A stretch of DNA of 64,000 nucleotides from an uncultured Methanomicrobiales archaeon. Its GTDB lineage: Archaea; Halobacteriota; Methanomicrobia; Methanomicrobiales; Methanospirillaceae. The notes under the pieces are model-generated. The model was not told the origin of the DNA. It did not search any database and saw nothing but the letters and a program-made list of their open reading frames with translations. The stretch covers positions 128,001 to 192,000 of the forward strand of contig CAVWXH010000003.1 of assembly GCA_963758915.1 (NCBI GenBank), given 5' to 3'. Shown here piece by piece: positions 1-9,664 of this stretch (its first letter is position 1; every line of letters starts with the position of its first letter). A program made the position numbers and the translations under genes.

Positions 1-108
1 TACAGTTTCGATACCAGCCCAATCCAGGAGGTCCGGTATGAGGATACAGAGTATTACCTGGTCTATCGCGATTTCCTGAATGACCGGGAGAAATATTTGG
101 GGGAATGA
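1..108 (+). CDS. 3' end of a CDS running in from the window edge; possibly a predicted AAA/ABC-type ATPase
   Basis: Frame 1 is open from base 1 (YSFDTSPIQEVRYEDTEYYLVYRDFLNDREKYLGE) to TGA at 106-108. It resembles the C-terminus of COG3910-type ATPases, from recall only. Confidence 0.4.
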   Translation, partial: YSFDTSPIQEVRYEDTEYYLVYRDFLNDREKYLGE

Positions 109-192
109 GGCAGGGGGACCGGCCTTAACGTTTCTTCATCATAATATCAGGAGAATGTTGTGCCTTTATCTTTATTTTCATTCATAACATGA

Positions 193-1032
193 CTACTGAT
201 TCATTCTTGGTAGACTTGATAACGCAGGTTTTTTTACCACAGTAACAGGCATTGTTGTTTTGAACTGCCTGGCTGAAGAGACTGTTGCACCACCGGAATG
301 TGTTGTTGGTGTTCTAACGGGTTTGACACCAATCTTGAATCCTGACGACGTAACCGCCAGAGTACCCAGGTTTACGGTAGCCTCCGGGAGGTCTCCGAAT
401 AGCATCTTGATTGGTCCGGATTTTGTCTGGACCGTATTCGAGAGCCTGAACATTAGCTTGTAGATCCCGTCCTTCATCGGGTATGGCACGTTGATTATCA
501 CCGTGAACCTGTAGGAGTTCCCGGGTTGTTCACACAAAGGCTTGTCAATAACGGGTAGAATTCACGGTATAACCCCAAACACCCGGAAAAAATCACCCTT
601 AAGACGATCGATAGTACCAAACCAACCATGGCATACAAAGCCATTAAAAATGCAGCCCAGAGAATATCCCTGGAATGTCCTACAAAAACTCAGGGGTTCC
701 GGATTAGGGGCCTCTATTATGTGCCCTATAAATGTTATCCGCAACCACCACTAGCTGATTCATCATAGGAAGCAAGCACGACCAAACGAACGGCCGGGTG
801 CTAAATAGGTTGGACCCCGAAGATAACGGGCATTGATAATTACATCCACAGATGGCCTGCCCGACGTTATTTGTTCCTGATATACGTCCTTAGTAACCGG
901 ATTCAAGGAGTATGACGGGTTCATGGTTGCTGCTGCAACCGGTGTTGCGAGAAGAGCCAGTGCTAGCACAAGCACTCCGATGACTACGGTCAAGAGGAGA
1001 TGACGATTCATTGTAAACATTAGTCTATTCAT
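193..1032 (-). pseudogene. Secreted/surface protein with signal peptide, split across three frames (763-1032, 562-744, 193-537)
   Basis: The N-terminus MNRHLLLTVVIGVLVLALALLATPVAAA is a classical signal peptide. The three ORF pieces are collinear and end in a Thr/Pro/Ser-rich tail. The breaks may be sequencing indels. Confidence 0.45.
825..1012. repeat. Direct repeat copy 1 (signal peptide/N-terminal coding block)
   Basis: Aligns without gaps to 1411-1598 (offset 586 bp). Shared blocks include ccacagatggcctgcccgac and gttgctgctgcaaccggtgt. Confidence 0.85.
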
Positions 1033-1212
1033 ACGTTTTTATACCTTCAGGTACCGCCATGAGTCCTTATGGAACCCGCCAGCGCTGAAAGATGAGCGCG
1101 AATAAAATGGCCACGTCATTCTCAACACTTATTCGTATTTTTTTTCACTTCATGGTATTTTCGTGGTTACCGTTTGGCAGGAATAACACAGTTCACGCAT
1201 AGACCGGTAGAA

Positions 1213-1597
1213 TTACACTACCGCAAGAGTTCCCGGTCCAGGGAATATCGTATGACTAACGTTGAAAAAGTCAGGAATAGACGTAGTAAGGATCCGGATA
1301 TTATCAAACCTAAAAAGGTTTGTCGAAGACCGGGTAACCACCAGGAGGAGTGATCAAGTGGTCAGAGTAAAATGCAGAACCAGGAGATACAGAGGTGGAA
1401 AGACCAAAAGAACGGGCATTGATTATGATACCCACAGATGGCCTGCCCGACATTATTGTTCCCGGATATACGTGCTTCGTGACTGGGTTCAGGTTGTATG
1501 ACGGGGTCACAGTTGCTGCTGCAACCGGTGTAGCGAGAAGGGCCAGTGCTAGCACCAGCACTACAATAACTGCGGTGAAGCCAAGCTAACGGTTCAT
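1213..1597 (-). pseudogene. Tandem paralogue of the secreted protein, with an in-frame TAG at codon 4 and a downstream frameshift
   Basis: ATG AAC CGT TAG CTT... reads MNR*LGFTAVIVVLVLALALLATPVAAATVTPSYNLNPVTK, against MNRHLLLTVVIGVLVLALALLATPVAAATMNPSYSLNPVTK in copy 1. The 3' end is approximate. Confidence 0.4.
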
Positions 1598-1598
1598 T
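1411..1598. repeat. Direct repeat copy 2
   Basis: See 825-1012. Confidence 0.85.
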
Positions 1599-2138
1599 AT
1601 GAATGCACCTTCATTCATTCCTAATTAATCTCTTCCCCGGTGGTACCAGGCTGATTCCCGATAGATCATATCCGTGCCGGGGGGGTGTTTGGGGTCATAC
1701 ACCATCAAATTATTCCCCTGTTTTTTGGTTGTACATCGGATAGGATCACGCCTGCTGTAACAGCGCACCCATACCACCCGATTATAAGGACATCGTCGCG
1801 AGATCCAGATTGGCATAACACGGGGTGGAATACCAAGATCTATAAACCAAATGACCAAGTTGGAATCTATGGGCTTACAACATATTCAATCATCCACCCA
1901 GGACTTAAATATCCGGCTTACCCTGATAACATATACGGCAATAATATCGCCAAATATCAAAATTAACACCCCAAATGCTTTGAAATAATAGCACTATTTT
2001 TTTAACAGTCAAATTCGCAGAGACCAAATCAAAATTCTTTTTAGTCATGTGAAGATATATGGAAATACTGGCCGGGTGATCAAGCCCGATGTTATAATGT
2101 GAACGGCCCTGATCGTTTGCGATTACTGGGGGGGGAAG

Positions 2139-2276
2139 ATGGAAAATTATAAGGAGACGCAGCTCCGGGAGACCCGGGATGATAATATTAGAGATGAGAC
2201 CTTTGATGAGTTTTTACTCCGTGCGTACAACCAGCTGACACCTGAAGAGCAGATAAAGATCAGGCAGAAACATTAG
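2139..2276 (+). CDS. Possible 45-aa small acidic/helical protein
   Basis: ATG..TAG ORF MENYKETQLRETRDDNIRDETFDEFLLRAYNQLTPEEQIKIRQKH, preceded by a G-rich RBS-like tract and by TTATAA at ~2092. Confidence 0.3.
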   Translation: MENYKETQLRETRDDNIRDETFDEFLLRAYNQLTPEEQIKIRQKH

Positions 2277-2700
2277 AGACCCCACTTTTTCACCCCTTTG
2301 GATAGTATGACTCTGTTGAAATATCTTTGGGCGGGACGTTCATGTGTGTTTCAACAAAGCGTGCTATGAGCCTTTGGCTCATAGATGACCATGAAAAAGT
2401 GGTTTTCCAGAATGGTCTGCCGGGAGTTTTTCATATCAGCTGATATTTTCAATTGTTCCAGCCAGATTGCAGGGTATCGTATTTGTTGCCACCAGGTGAT
2501 TTTGGCGTCTGCAACGCTCACCGGAGAATTGATCCTTGGCAGGACATGACATTTCAGAAAAATCACACCATATTTTTGAAATTATTCAGGAACATACAAC
2601 ATCATCGTGGTTTAACCATGTCAGGACACCGTCAGGGGTATATGGTGCAGGACTCATATGCAAAAAAGGAGTTATATAACGTGCAGGAGAAGGTTGTAGG

Positions 2701-3834
2701 ATGAAAAAGGATCTGCTCATGTGGGATGAGACTCTCTTCCGGGACCCTGAGGTCTTTGAGATTGATTATGTGCCAGAGCAGTTTAGTTACCGTGATGACC
2801 AGATTACTGAACTCGCATTCCAGATCAGGCCGGCACTCCGTGGGGGCCGGCCACTTAATACCGTCTGCCGCGGGCTCCCTGGGACGGGTAAAACGACCTG
2901 CGTAAAAAAACTCTTCGAAGAGATTACAACCACAACAAAAAAAGTCCTGCCGGTCTATATCAACTGCCAGATAGATAATACAAAATTTGCAATTTTTTCA
3001 CAGATCTACCGGAAACTTACCGGTCACCTGCCACCGCCTTCCGGGACATCCTTCAAGACAATTTTTGATGCAATTGCCCGGATGATAATGAAGGACGAAA
3101 TTGTCCTTCTAATCTGCCTTGACGATGCAAACTACCTCCTGTATGAAAACGAGATTAATAACGTCCTTTACCCGTTACTCCGTTCATACGAGTCCTTCGA
3201 GGGGACACGGATCGGGGTAATCCTGATCCTGTCCGATATGGCCGTCGACCTCTCACGGTCCATAGATGCCCGTGTGTCTTCCGTGCTCTGTCCGACTGAC
3301 ATCTATTTTCCACCATATTCCGAAGAAGAAGTCCGGACCATCATCGGCGAGAGGGTACTGCAGGGGTTCTACCCGGGCGCCATCAGTGCCGAGATGGTGG
3401 ACCTCGTTGTAACCCAGACACTGAAAGGCGGGGACCTGCGGGTCGGGATAGACCTCCTGAAGCGTGCCGCACTCAGCGCCGAGCGGAAAGCGAAGCGTAC
3501 AATAGAACGCGAGGATATATGCGGGGCCTACCTGATGTCCCAGTACCTCCACCTCTCATTTTCACTCAAATCCCTGAAGGCAGAGGAGCGGGAGATCATA
3601 AAGAAACTTGCAGAACTTGCAAAAGACAAAAAAGACATGGGCGCAGGGGAGGTTTATAAAACAATAAGGGAGTCAACCGAGATCAGCTATACCAGGTTCT
3701 ACGAAATGGTGAAAAAGTTTGACCTGATGAGGCTGATTGACTTAGAGTATCGCAGCGGCACCGGGGAGAAGGGGAGGACACGCGTGATCAGTCTCCGCTA
3801 TGACCCGGTAAAAGTCATCGAATACCTCGTCTGA
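2701..3834 (+). CDS. cdc6: ORC1/Cdc6-type DNA replication initiation protein
   Basis: DYVPEQFSYRD N-terminal motif, Walker A GLPGTGKT, Walker B-like CLDDA, GDLRVGIDLL sensor region, C-terminal winged helix ending GRTRVISL. Confidence 0.95.
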   Translation: MKKDLLMWDETLFRDPEVFEIDYVPEQFSYRDDQITELAFQIRPALRGGRPLNTVCRGLPGTGKTTCVKKLFEEITTTTKKVLPVYINCQIDNTKFAIFSQIYRKLTGHLPPPSGTSFKTIFDAIARMIMKDEIVLLICLDDANYLLYENEINNVLYPLLRSYESFEGTRIGVILILSDMAVDLSRSIDARVSSVLCPTDIYFPPYSEEEVRTIIGERVLQGFYPGAISAEMVDLVVTQTLKGGDLRVGIDLLKRAALSAERKAKRTIEREDICGAYLMSQYLHLSFSLKSLKAEEREIIKKLAELAKDKKDMGAGEVYKTIRESTEISYTRFYEMVKKFDLMRLIDLEYRSGTGEKGRTRVISLRYDPVKVIEYLV

Positions 3835-3899
3835 ACCAGATCATTTTAACAAATCTTATCTATTACGCAACCATTTTTTATGGTACAGGGGGACTTCAC

Positions 3900-4847
3900 G
3901 TGCTCAGTGTGAACGAATTTGCGCTCGAAATTTTTGATTATTTAGCGGATGAACCAGAACAATATAACGTTGCGTATCATGAACTCGATAATGGTGCGAG
4001 GATTGTAGACTGCGGGGTCAGCACCCGCGGCGGATACGCCGCAGGCCGTGCATTTACCGAGATCTGCATGGGTGGTCTTGGAGAGGTCAATTTCAGGATG
4101 GGAAAAGTCAATGAATTCCCGGTCCCGTTTATTGATGTTTTTACAGATTTCCCCTCGATTGCATGCCTCGGGTCTCAAAAGGCAGGGTGGACCATTAAGC
4201 ACAACAACTACTTCGCCATGGGAAGCGGTCCGGCACGGGCCCTTGCATTGAAACCCAAACACACATTTGAGGTCATTGATTACCAGGACGAATATGAATC
4301 TGCAGTTATTGCACTCGAAAGCGATCATCTTCCGAATGGGGCAGTAATGGAAAAGATAGCAGAGGAATGCGGTGTCGATGTGGCGAATGTAAGCGCGGTA
4401 GTCGCACCAACAGCATCACTCGTTGGATCAGTCCAGGTCGCGGGGCGTTGTGTTGAGACCGCAATATACAAACTGAACGAGCTTGGTTTTGACACAAGGA
4501 AGATTACAGCAGGAATGGGTTCGGCCCCCCTCCCACCAGTAAAAAAGGATGCCACACAGGCAATGGGAACCACCAACGATGCAACCATCTACCACGGACA
4601 GATCATGCTCACCATGAAGGCACCTGAAATCAAGGACTACCTGGAGAAGATCCCGTCCAACAAGTCGAAGGGTTATGGTAAGCCGTTCTATGAGACGTTC
4701 AAGGAAGCGAAGTTCGACTTCTACCAGATTGATACATCATTGTTCTCACCCGCAGAGGTTATCATTAACGAGCTTACCGACGGTATCATGTACCATGTCG
4801 GCAAGGTTAACCCTGAGGTAACCCTGAAATCCTTCGGGCTGCTCTGA
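3900..4847 (+). CDS. mch: Methenyltetrahydromethanopterin cyclohydrolase
   Basis: MLSVNE start, ACLGSQKAGW, AMGSGPARAL, APTASLVGSVQ and TNDA motifs, and FDFYQID..LFSP. Confidence 0.97.
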   Translation: MLSVNEFALEIFDYLADEPEQYNVAYHELDNGARIVDCGVSTRGGYAAGRAFTEICMGGLGEVNFRMGKVNEFPVPFIDVFTDFPSIACLGSQKAGWTIKHNNYFAMGSGPARALALKPKHTFEVIDYQDEYESAVIALESDHLPNGAVMEKIAEECGVDVANVSAVVAPTASLVGSVQVAGRCVETAIYKLNELGFDTRKITAGMGSAPLPPVKKDATQAMGTTNDATIYHGQIMLTMKAPEIKDYLEKIPSNKSKGYGKPFYETFKEAKFDFYQIDTSLFSPAEVIINELTDGIMYHVGKVNPEVTLKSFGLL

Positions 4848-4848
4848 T

Positions 4849-4866
4849 CTATTCTTTTCTTTTTTC
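4849..4866 (+). terminator. Oligo-T archaeal terminator after mch
   Basis: ctattcttttcttttttc lies directly after the stop codon. Confidence 0.5.
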
Positions 4867-4914
4867 ACTCCCGGTTCCGGTAGTATTTATGGTACCAGGT
4901 GCAAAATTCCTCCC

Positions 4915-5553
4915 ATGATATTCCCTGACAACCGGCTCCTGGAGGTATGGGACTCTGATTATCGGACGAGGGGGCTGTTGTGGGGTGGCAACCCTGCACC
5001 GCTGCCAGCGCTTCCCGAAGGTTCAGGAGTTCTGGAGCTCGGTTGTGGGAATGGAAAAAATCTCCCGGGGATGATTGAAAAGGGCTGGGATATCACGGCA
5101 ATGGACTGTTCCATAACGGCACTTCAACTCTGCCGGCCGGTTGTCCGTGATCCCGGGCGGGTCCATTTTGTTGTCGGTAATGCCATTTCTCTTCCATTAA
5201 GGGATGCGGTTGTCGATGCAGTATTTTCACTGCATGTGGCCGGTCACCTGACAGGACCCGGACGGTCTCAGTTGGCCAGGGAAGTGTTTCGCGTGCTGAA
5301 ACCGGGTGGACAGATTGTATTCAGGGATTTCGGGGTTGATGATTTCCGTTGTGGTAAGGGGCAGATGACAGAACCGGGTACATTCCACCGGGGTACAGGC
5401 TCATTTACCCATTATTTCACCGGAGATGAGGTTTCCCGGCTATTCATCGCCTTCAAATGTAAGTTCATTGACGAACACCGATGGGTAATGCGAATTAAAG
5501 GACAGGATTACCAGAGGTGTGAAATCACGGCAATATTTGAAAAATCAGCCTGA
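4915..5553 (+). CDS. Class I SAM-dependent methyltransferase
   Basis: VLELGCGNGK motif I and RVLKPGG motif. Confidence 0.9.
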   Translation: MIFPDNRLLEVWDSDYRTRGLLWGGNPAPLPALPEGSGVLELGCGNGKNLPGMIEKGWDITAMDCSITALQLCRPVVRDPGRVHFVVGNAISLPLRDAVVDAVFSLHVAGHLTGPGRSQLAREVFRVLKPGGQIVFRDFGVDDFRCGKGQMTEPGTFHRGTGSFTHYFTGDEVSRLFIAFKCKFIDEHRWVMRIKGQDYQRCEITAIFEKSA

Positions 5554-5694
5554 ATGTATGGGTCGCTGGTTGGATAGATTTGTTACATGGAAATATCCCT
5601 GGCAGACCCGGCAGAATCCGGCCGGTTTCACTTTTTTCCCAGAACTAATCAACAATCTTAATACCAGACGGGTCAAAACTAGTAAGTCAGTTCA

Positions 5695-5768
5695 GGGCCC
5701 GTGGTCTAGTCGGTTATGACGTCGCCCTTACACGGCGGAGGTCGCCGGTTCGAATCCGGCCGAGCCCA
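5695..5768 (+). tRNA. tRNA-Val (anticodon TAC)
   Basis: GGGCCCG acceptor arm, D-arm GGTCTAGTCGGTTATGAC, anticodon arm TCGCC-CTTACAC-GGCGG and T-arm GCCGG-TTCGAAT-CCGGC. There is one C-A mismatch in the acceptor stem, and CCA is not encoded. Confidence 0.95.
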
Positions 5769-6223
5769 TTCTGTTTTTCTATGAATTTTTTGATACCGAA
5801 GAGTTTTCCTTCGATATTATTCCATAACCATGTCAGACAATTATGTAATGTTATTCGAGGTATTTTTCTCCCGCTTCAACAACATCCATACCGTTACCTT
5901 CGAACAGGTTGATCTTTTAAGGCATAATTTAACCACCAAATCGACCAAATTCGGATCTATGAGAACATCATCATCAATTTTCATCATTTTTGATTGGGCA
6001 GGGAGGATCAATAGGAGAGGCGTACATGATTTCAGCGCGTTGTTCAAAAAACTCCTATAATGACTACGTTCACAGATCTACTATCAAAAACAGGGAGATT
6101 TTCAGGCCAATATCCCATGACAACCGGTGGTCGACGGTTCGTATCTGGCGTGGCAAAGATCCAGGCAAAGGCCAGTATTCATAAATATGTCAGGACCTAT
6201 CAAATTTAGGGTTGAGTTGCCAC

Positions 6224-6463
6224 TTACCGGTACCCCTTCGCAAGGCCAAGGGCTTCCTGAATGTCGATATCATTTTCCACGAGGTAGATGATATGACGTT
6301 TTGTCCGTTCGATTGCCCTGTTGGGGTTCATATGTTCCCTTATCGCATCCCTTACAAATGCACTGATATCCTCATACTCCCCGCTATCAACGAGAGCCTG
6401 GATCTTCTGCTTGAGTTCTTCACCCACCCTGACACGGATGGTATCATTCGGTGTCTCAACCAA
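6224..6463 (-). CDS. Ribbon-helix-helix (CopG/Arc/MetJ-type) DNA-binding protein
   Basis: TIRVRVGEELKQKIQALVDSGEYEDISAFVRDAIRE fits the RHH pattern. An AGGAGTG RBS precedes the TTG start, with a TATA-like ATATATA upstream. Confidence 0.8.
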   Translation of the reverse strand: MVETPNDTIRVRVGEELKQKIQALVDSGEYEDISAFVRDAIREHMNPNRAIERTKRHIIYLVENDIDIQEALGLAKGYR

Positions 6464-6512
6464 CGCCTACAGCACTCCTACATTGTGTTCCATCTCATCC
6501 TATATATTACTA

Positions 6513-6566
6513 TGTTGTAGCACAACTTACCACAAACGATTGAGGAGCCCCATTGTTGTAGCACAA
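6513..6566. promoter_or_regulatory. Two identical 13-bp operator-like sites TGTTGTAGCACAA upstream of the RHH gene promoter
   Basis: Copies at 6513-6525 and 6554-6566, 41 bp apart. Each is quasi-palindromic (GTTGT-agc-ACAAC; CATTGT-N6-ACAATG) and they adjoin the TATA box at ~6501-6508. Confidence 0.6.
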
Positions 6567-6650
6567 TGTCCGGTTCGGAACAACCTTTTGATCCGCGTGA
6601 AGGGAAAAAAGATGATCGGTTGTAAGGTCCAATAATTCGATTGACAATAG

Positions 6651-7439
6651 TTACGTTAGTTCGCCCACGGGACGGATGACAAATTTACAGTGGTCATCCC
6701 CCATGGCATAACAACGGAGCTCCGTTGCCATGTGGTCTGCCTTAAAATGGCCGGAAAAAATTGCTTCAAGAATTCCGGCGTCAAATGCACATGCCGGCCG
6801 TCCCAGGTAGGGCAGGTCATCGCACTCAAAACAATCATATACGATCAGTGTCACGGGAGAGCGGTTCTCTACTACGATCTGGCCAAGGTTATGCTCTTTC
6901 CAGAACTTCACCGTTTTGTCGAGCAGGACAGAAAGGTCAGGGCTTGCAATTGCTGCATACAGTCCCTGCCCCATGCGGAACCCGGCTTCCCTGAGGATCG
7001 GGTCAATATTGATCCCTTTTGACATCAGGGAAACCCTGATCGTCCGGAACATCATTTTGTAAAAGGTGGATGGATCACTACCCTCGAGGAATGCGGCCAC
7101 CATATGCCCGGGATCATCATCCTTGCATGTAGTATCGGGGGATATCTCCCCGAGGAACCGGGACCGGATGTAAAATATCTTCCTCCTCGAGTCCGCCAGG
7201 TCTGGTTTCTCACCAATAATCCCCTCTTTCAATAATGCCCTCAGGTGTGCAGAGACCGTAGACTTGGCTTTTTGTGTAGACAGGACTATCTCCTGGAACG
7301 ACAACTCCCGCCCACCAAGGACCGCGAGGATTTTGCTCCGGACTGGTGACTCAACAGTCCGGATACCATCTTCCGTAGCGAACAGCCCGATAGTCGGGGA
7401 AGATCCCGACCGTGCAGATGTACCCGGTTCAGCCTTCAT
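6651..7439 (-). CDS. ArsR-type HTH regulator fused to a V4R small-molecule-binding domain
   Basis: SPVRSKILAVL...KAKSTVSAHLRAL HTH; V4R motifs YDCFEC, CAFDAGILEAIF and ELRCYAMGDDHCKF. Confidence 0.9.
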   Translation of the reverse strand: MKAEPGTSARSGSSPTIGLFATEDGIRTVESPVRSKILAVLGGRELSFQEIVLSTQKAKSTVSAHLRALLKEGIIGEKPDLADSRRKIFYIRSRFLGEISPDTTCKDDDPGHMVAAFLEGSDPSTFYKMMFRTIRVSLMSKGINIDPILREAGFRMGQGLYAAIASPDLSVLLDKTVKFWKEHNLGQIVVENRSPVTLIVYDCFECDDLPYLGRPACAFDAGILEAIFSGHFKADHMATELRCYAMGDDHCKFVIRPVGELT

Positions 7440-7523
7440 TCAGAGCCTCTTATGTTAATTCTTCTTATTAAGATATCAGATGGATAGTACTAAAGCATTC
7501 GGCAGGTAACGGAACAACATATA

Positions 7524-7553
7524 TTATAGTGATAATAACAACTATCACTGTAA
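7524..7553. promoter_or_regulatory. Inverted repeat in the divergent promoter region (operator candidate)
   Basis: TTATAGTGATA-N8-TATCACTGTAA, 10 of 11 bp complementary. Confidence 0.5.
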
Positions 7554-7605
7554 GCCGATAAAGCATTATATCAGATGATTATGCAGGTGTCATGCATTGA
7601 TTCAG

Positions 7606-8907
7606 ATGGAAAATGAAGTAGCTCGTATACGGGACCTCCTGAAGGAGCACCCGAAAGGGATGACTATCGAAGAAATATCCCGCCTTTTACCGTTAAACAG
7701 GACATCCACAGCTAAATATTTAAATACGCTCCTGATCTCCGGCCAGGCCGATATGAGGACGTATGGGCGTGCAAAAGTATTTTCACTAACCCAGAGGGTC
7801 CCGTTATCCAACCTGATGAGCCTTTCATCAGAACTAATTCTGGTCCTGGACAGGGAACATACCATCAGCTATGTAAATAGCCAGTTTTTGCAAAATTTTC
7901 ACCTTAAACGGCAGGAATTGATCGGAAAGATTATCGAACAGACCCCACTCTCCTACTACCTTCCCCCCCAGTTCCTAAACACGATTAATGGCGCATATGA
8001 TGGAAAAGAGAGTGTCGGGGAGCAACATATCAGGATCCGGGACCTTGACTATTATTTCATCTCCAAACTGGTCCCCATGGTCTTTGATAATGGGAATGCG
8101 GGCCTTGCACTTATTCTTGAAGATATTACCCAGTTAAAAGAATATCAGCTGCACCTTGAAAACCTCGTGGAAGAACGTACACATGAAATTATAAAAACAA
8201 ATGAAAATCTCGAACAGGAAATCGCCGACCATGAGATGGCCAGAAAAGCCCTGGAGGTCGTAAACAACAAGCTCAACCTCCTGGCCAGTGTAACACGGCA
8301 TGACATCCTTAACCAGATCACCGCAATATCCGGATATCTTCAGCTCCTTGATAATGAGTGTTCCAGCAATCCAAAGGTGTCCCCTTATATCCAGAGGATC
8401 GAAAACGCCATCAGCACAATCCAGCGCCAGATCACGTTTACCCGCGATTACAAAGACCTCGGTTTAAAAACCCCGGAATGGCAGCGTGTGGAGGAGGTAA
8501 TCCGGCGGGCGGTTTCATTACGTCCCATACCCCGTGTCAACCTCCTTGTTGAAACGGGTGATCTCGATATTTTCAGCGATCCGTTCCTGGAAAAAGTTTT
8601 TAGCAATATCTTCGATTACTCATTACTCCGTGGAGAGAGTGTGACTGAGATATCGGTTACATTCCAGGAACAGGGGGAGTGGGGGGCCCTCATTATCACT
8701 GATAACGGGGCCGGGGTTCCGGCATCCGGAAAAGAACATATCTTCGAATACTCAGGTAAAGAAACAGGATCCAACCTCTTCCTTTCCCGTGAGATCCTCT
8801 CGATAACCGGCCTTTCAATCAGGGAAACTGGTGAGGAGGGAACTGGTGCGAGGTTTGAGATCCTTGTACCGGGTAACGCCTGGCGTATCGGAAACAATTC
8901 CGATTAA
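7606..8907 (+). CDS. HTH-PAS-histidine kinase protein with degenerate ATP-binding boxes
   Basis: N-terminal wHTH (PKGMTIEEISRLLPLNRTSTAKYL), PAS domain, H-box RHDILNQ and DNGAG G1 box. The N box and G2 box are degenerate. Confidence 0.85.
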   Translation: MENEVARIRDLLKEHPKGMTIEEISRLLPLNRTSTAKYLNTLLISGQADMRTYGRAKVFSLTQRVPLSNLMSLSSELILVLDREHTISYVNSQFLQNFHLKRQELIGKIIEQTPLSYYLPPQFLNTINGAYDGKESVGEQHIRIRDLDYYFISKLVPMVFDNGNAGLALILEDITQLKEYQLHLENLVEERTHEIIKTNENLEQEIADHEMARKALEVVNNKLNLLASVTRHDILNQITAISGYLQLLDNECSSNPKVSPYIQRIENAISTIQRQITFTRDYKDLGLKTPEWQRVEEVIRRAVSLRPIPRVNLLVETGDLDIFSDPFLEKVFSNIFDYSLLRGESVTEISVTFQEQGEWGALIITDNGAGVPASGKEHIFEYSGKETGSNLFLSREILSITGLSIRETGEEGTGARFEILVPGNAWRIGNNSD

Positions 8908-8960
8908 ATAAAAACCGGCCATTTTTCTGTAATAAAAAAAAGGTCCTGACTGATCCTACC

Positions 8961-9526
8961 TTACTTTTTCACAATATCCACCAGCTGGATATTGAATACC
9001 AGGTCCTGTCCTGCAAGAGGATGGTTCATATCAACCGTTACCGTGGTCTCATTCGAAGCAATAATCGGACACATCGCCCGACGCTTCCATCCGGCATGGG
9101 TACGGTGATATACGGTTTTGGATCAGTCTCCGGGTTTTGGCTGGTAGTCTGCAAGTGCCCCGGTTATCTCAGGTGGTGATAAGAAGGTCCTGATCTTTTA
9201 GGACCATAAGCCTGGTCCGCCGGCACCGTAACGGTCTTATTCTGTCCGACGCTCATCCCCAGTATAGCATTATCAAAGCCTTTAATGACCATTCCCGATC
9301 CTGCCACAAATTCTATAGGGGTCCCGTTAAGCGATGACTCGAACTGCTGCCCGTTTGAAGCAAGCGCTGCAGTATAATGGATCTTAACGGTATCATTTGG
9401 CACTACTACTGCCTTCTGCGAGGTACACCCTGCCGCAAGAAGGGCTGCAAGTAGAAAAATTATTGTCATTCCGAGAAAAACACGGCCAATTGGGCCTTTT
9501 CTCCCGTTCCTGCTGTTAACCGACAT
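8961..9526 (-). CDS. FKBP/SlyD-type peptidyl-prolyl isomerase, lipoprotein (frameshifted near 9070-9190)
   Basis: AAGC lipobox, then DTVKIHYT...[16 protein letters not shown]...PADQAYG. A downstream frame gives [24 protein letters not shown]. Confidence 0.85.
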
Positions 9527-9664
9527 AGTACTACATTGTATTGATCGGATAATAGAGCTGTGCTCCAGGGTTCACCGGGACCATTTCAGATACTACCTCT
9601 GAAACCGTGCCGTGTCATTTCTCGAATTTTATATAGCCGGAGGAAGAATATACTACTGTTTATC

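Noticed and set aside
1586-1588. In-frame TAG read as pyrrolysine
   Set aside because: It lies in a signal peptide, no pyl genes are in the window, and Methanomicrobiales are not known Pyl users. A nonsense change or read error is simpler.
1970-2700. Replication origin upstream of cdc6
   Set aside because: Moderately AT-rich, but I found no convincing repeated ORB (TTCCAxTGGAAA + G-string) elements.
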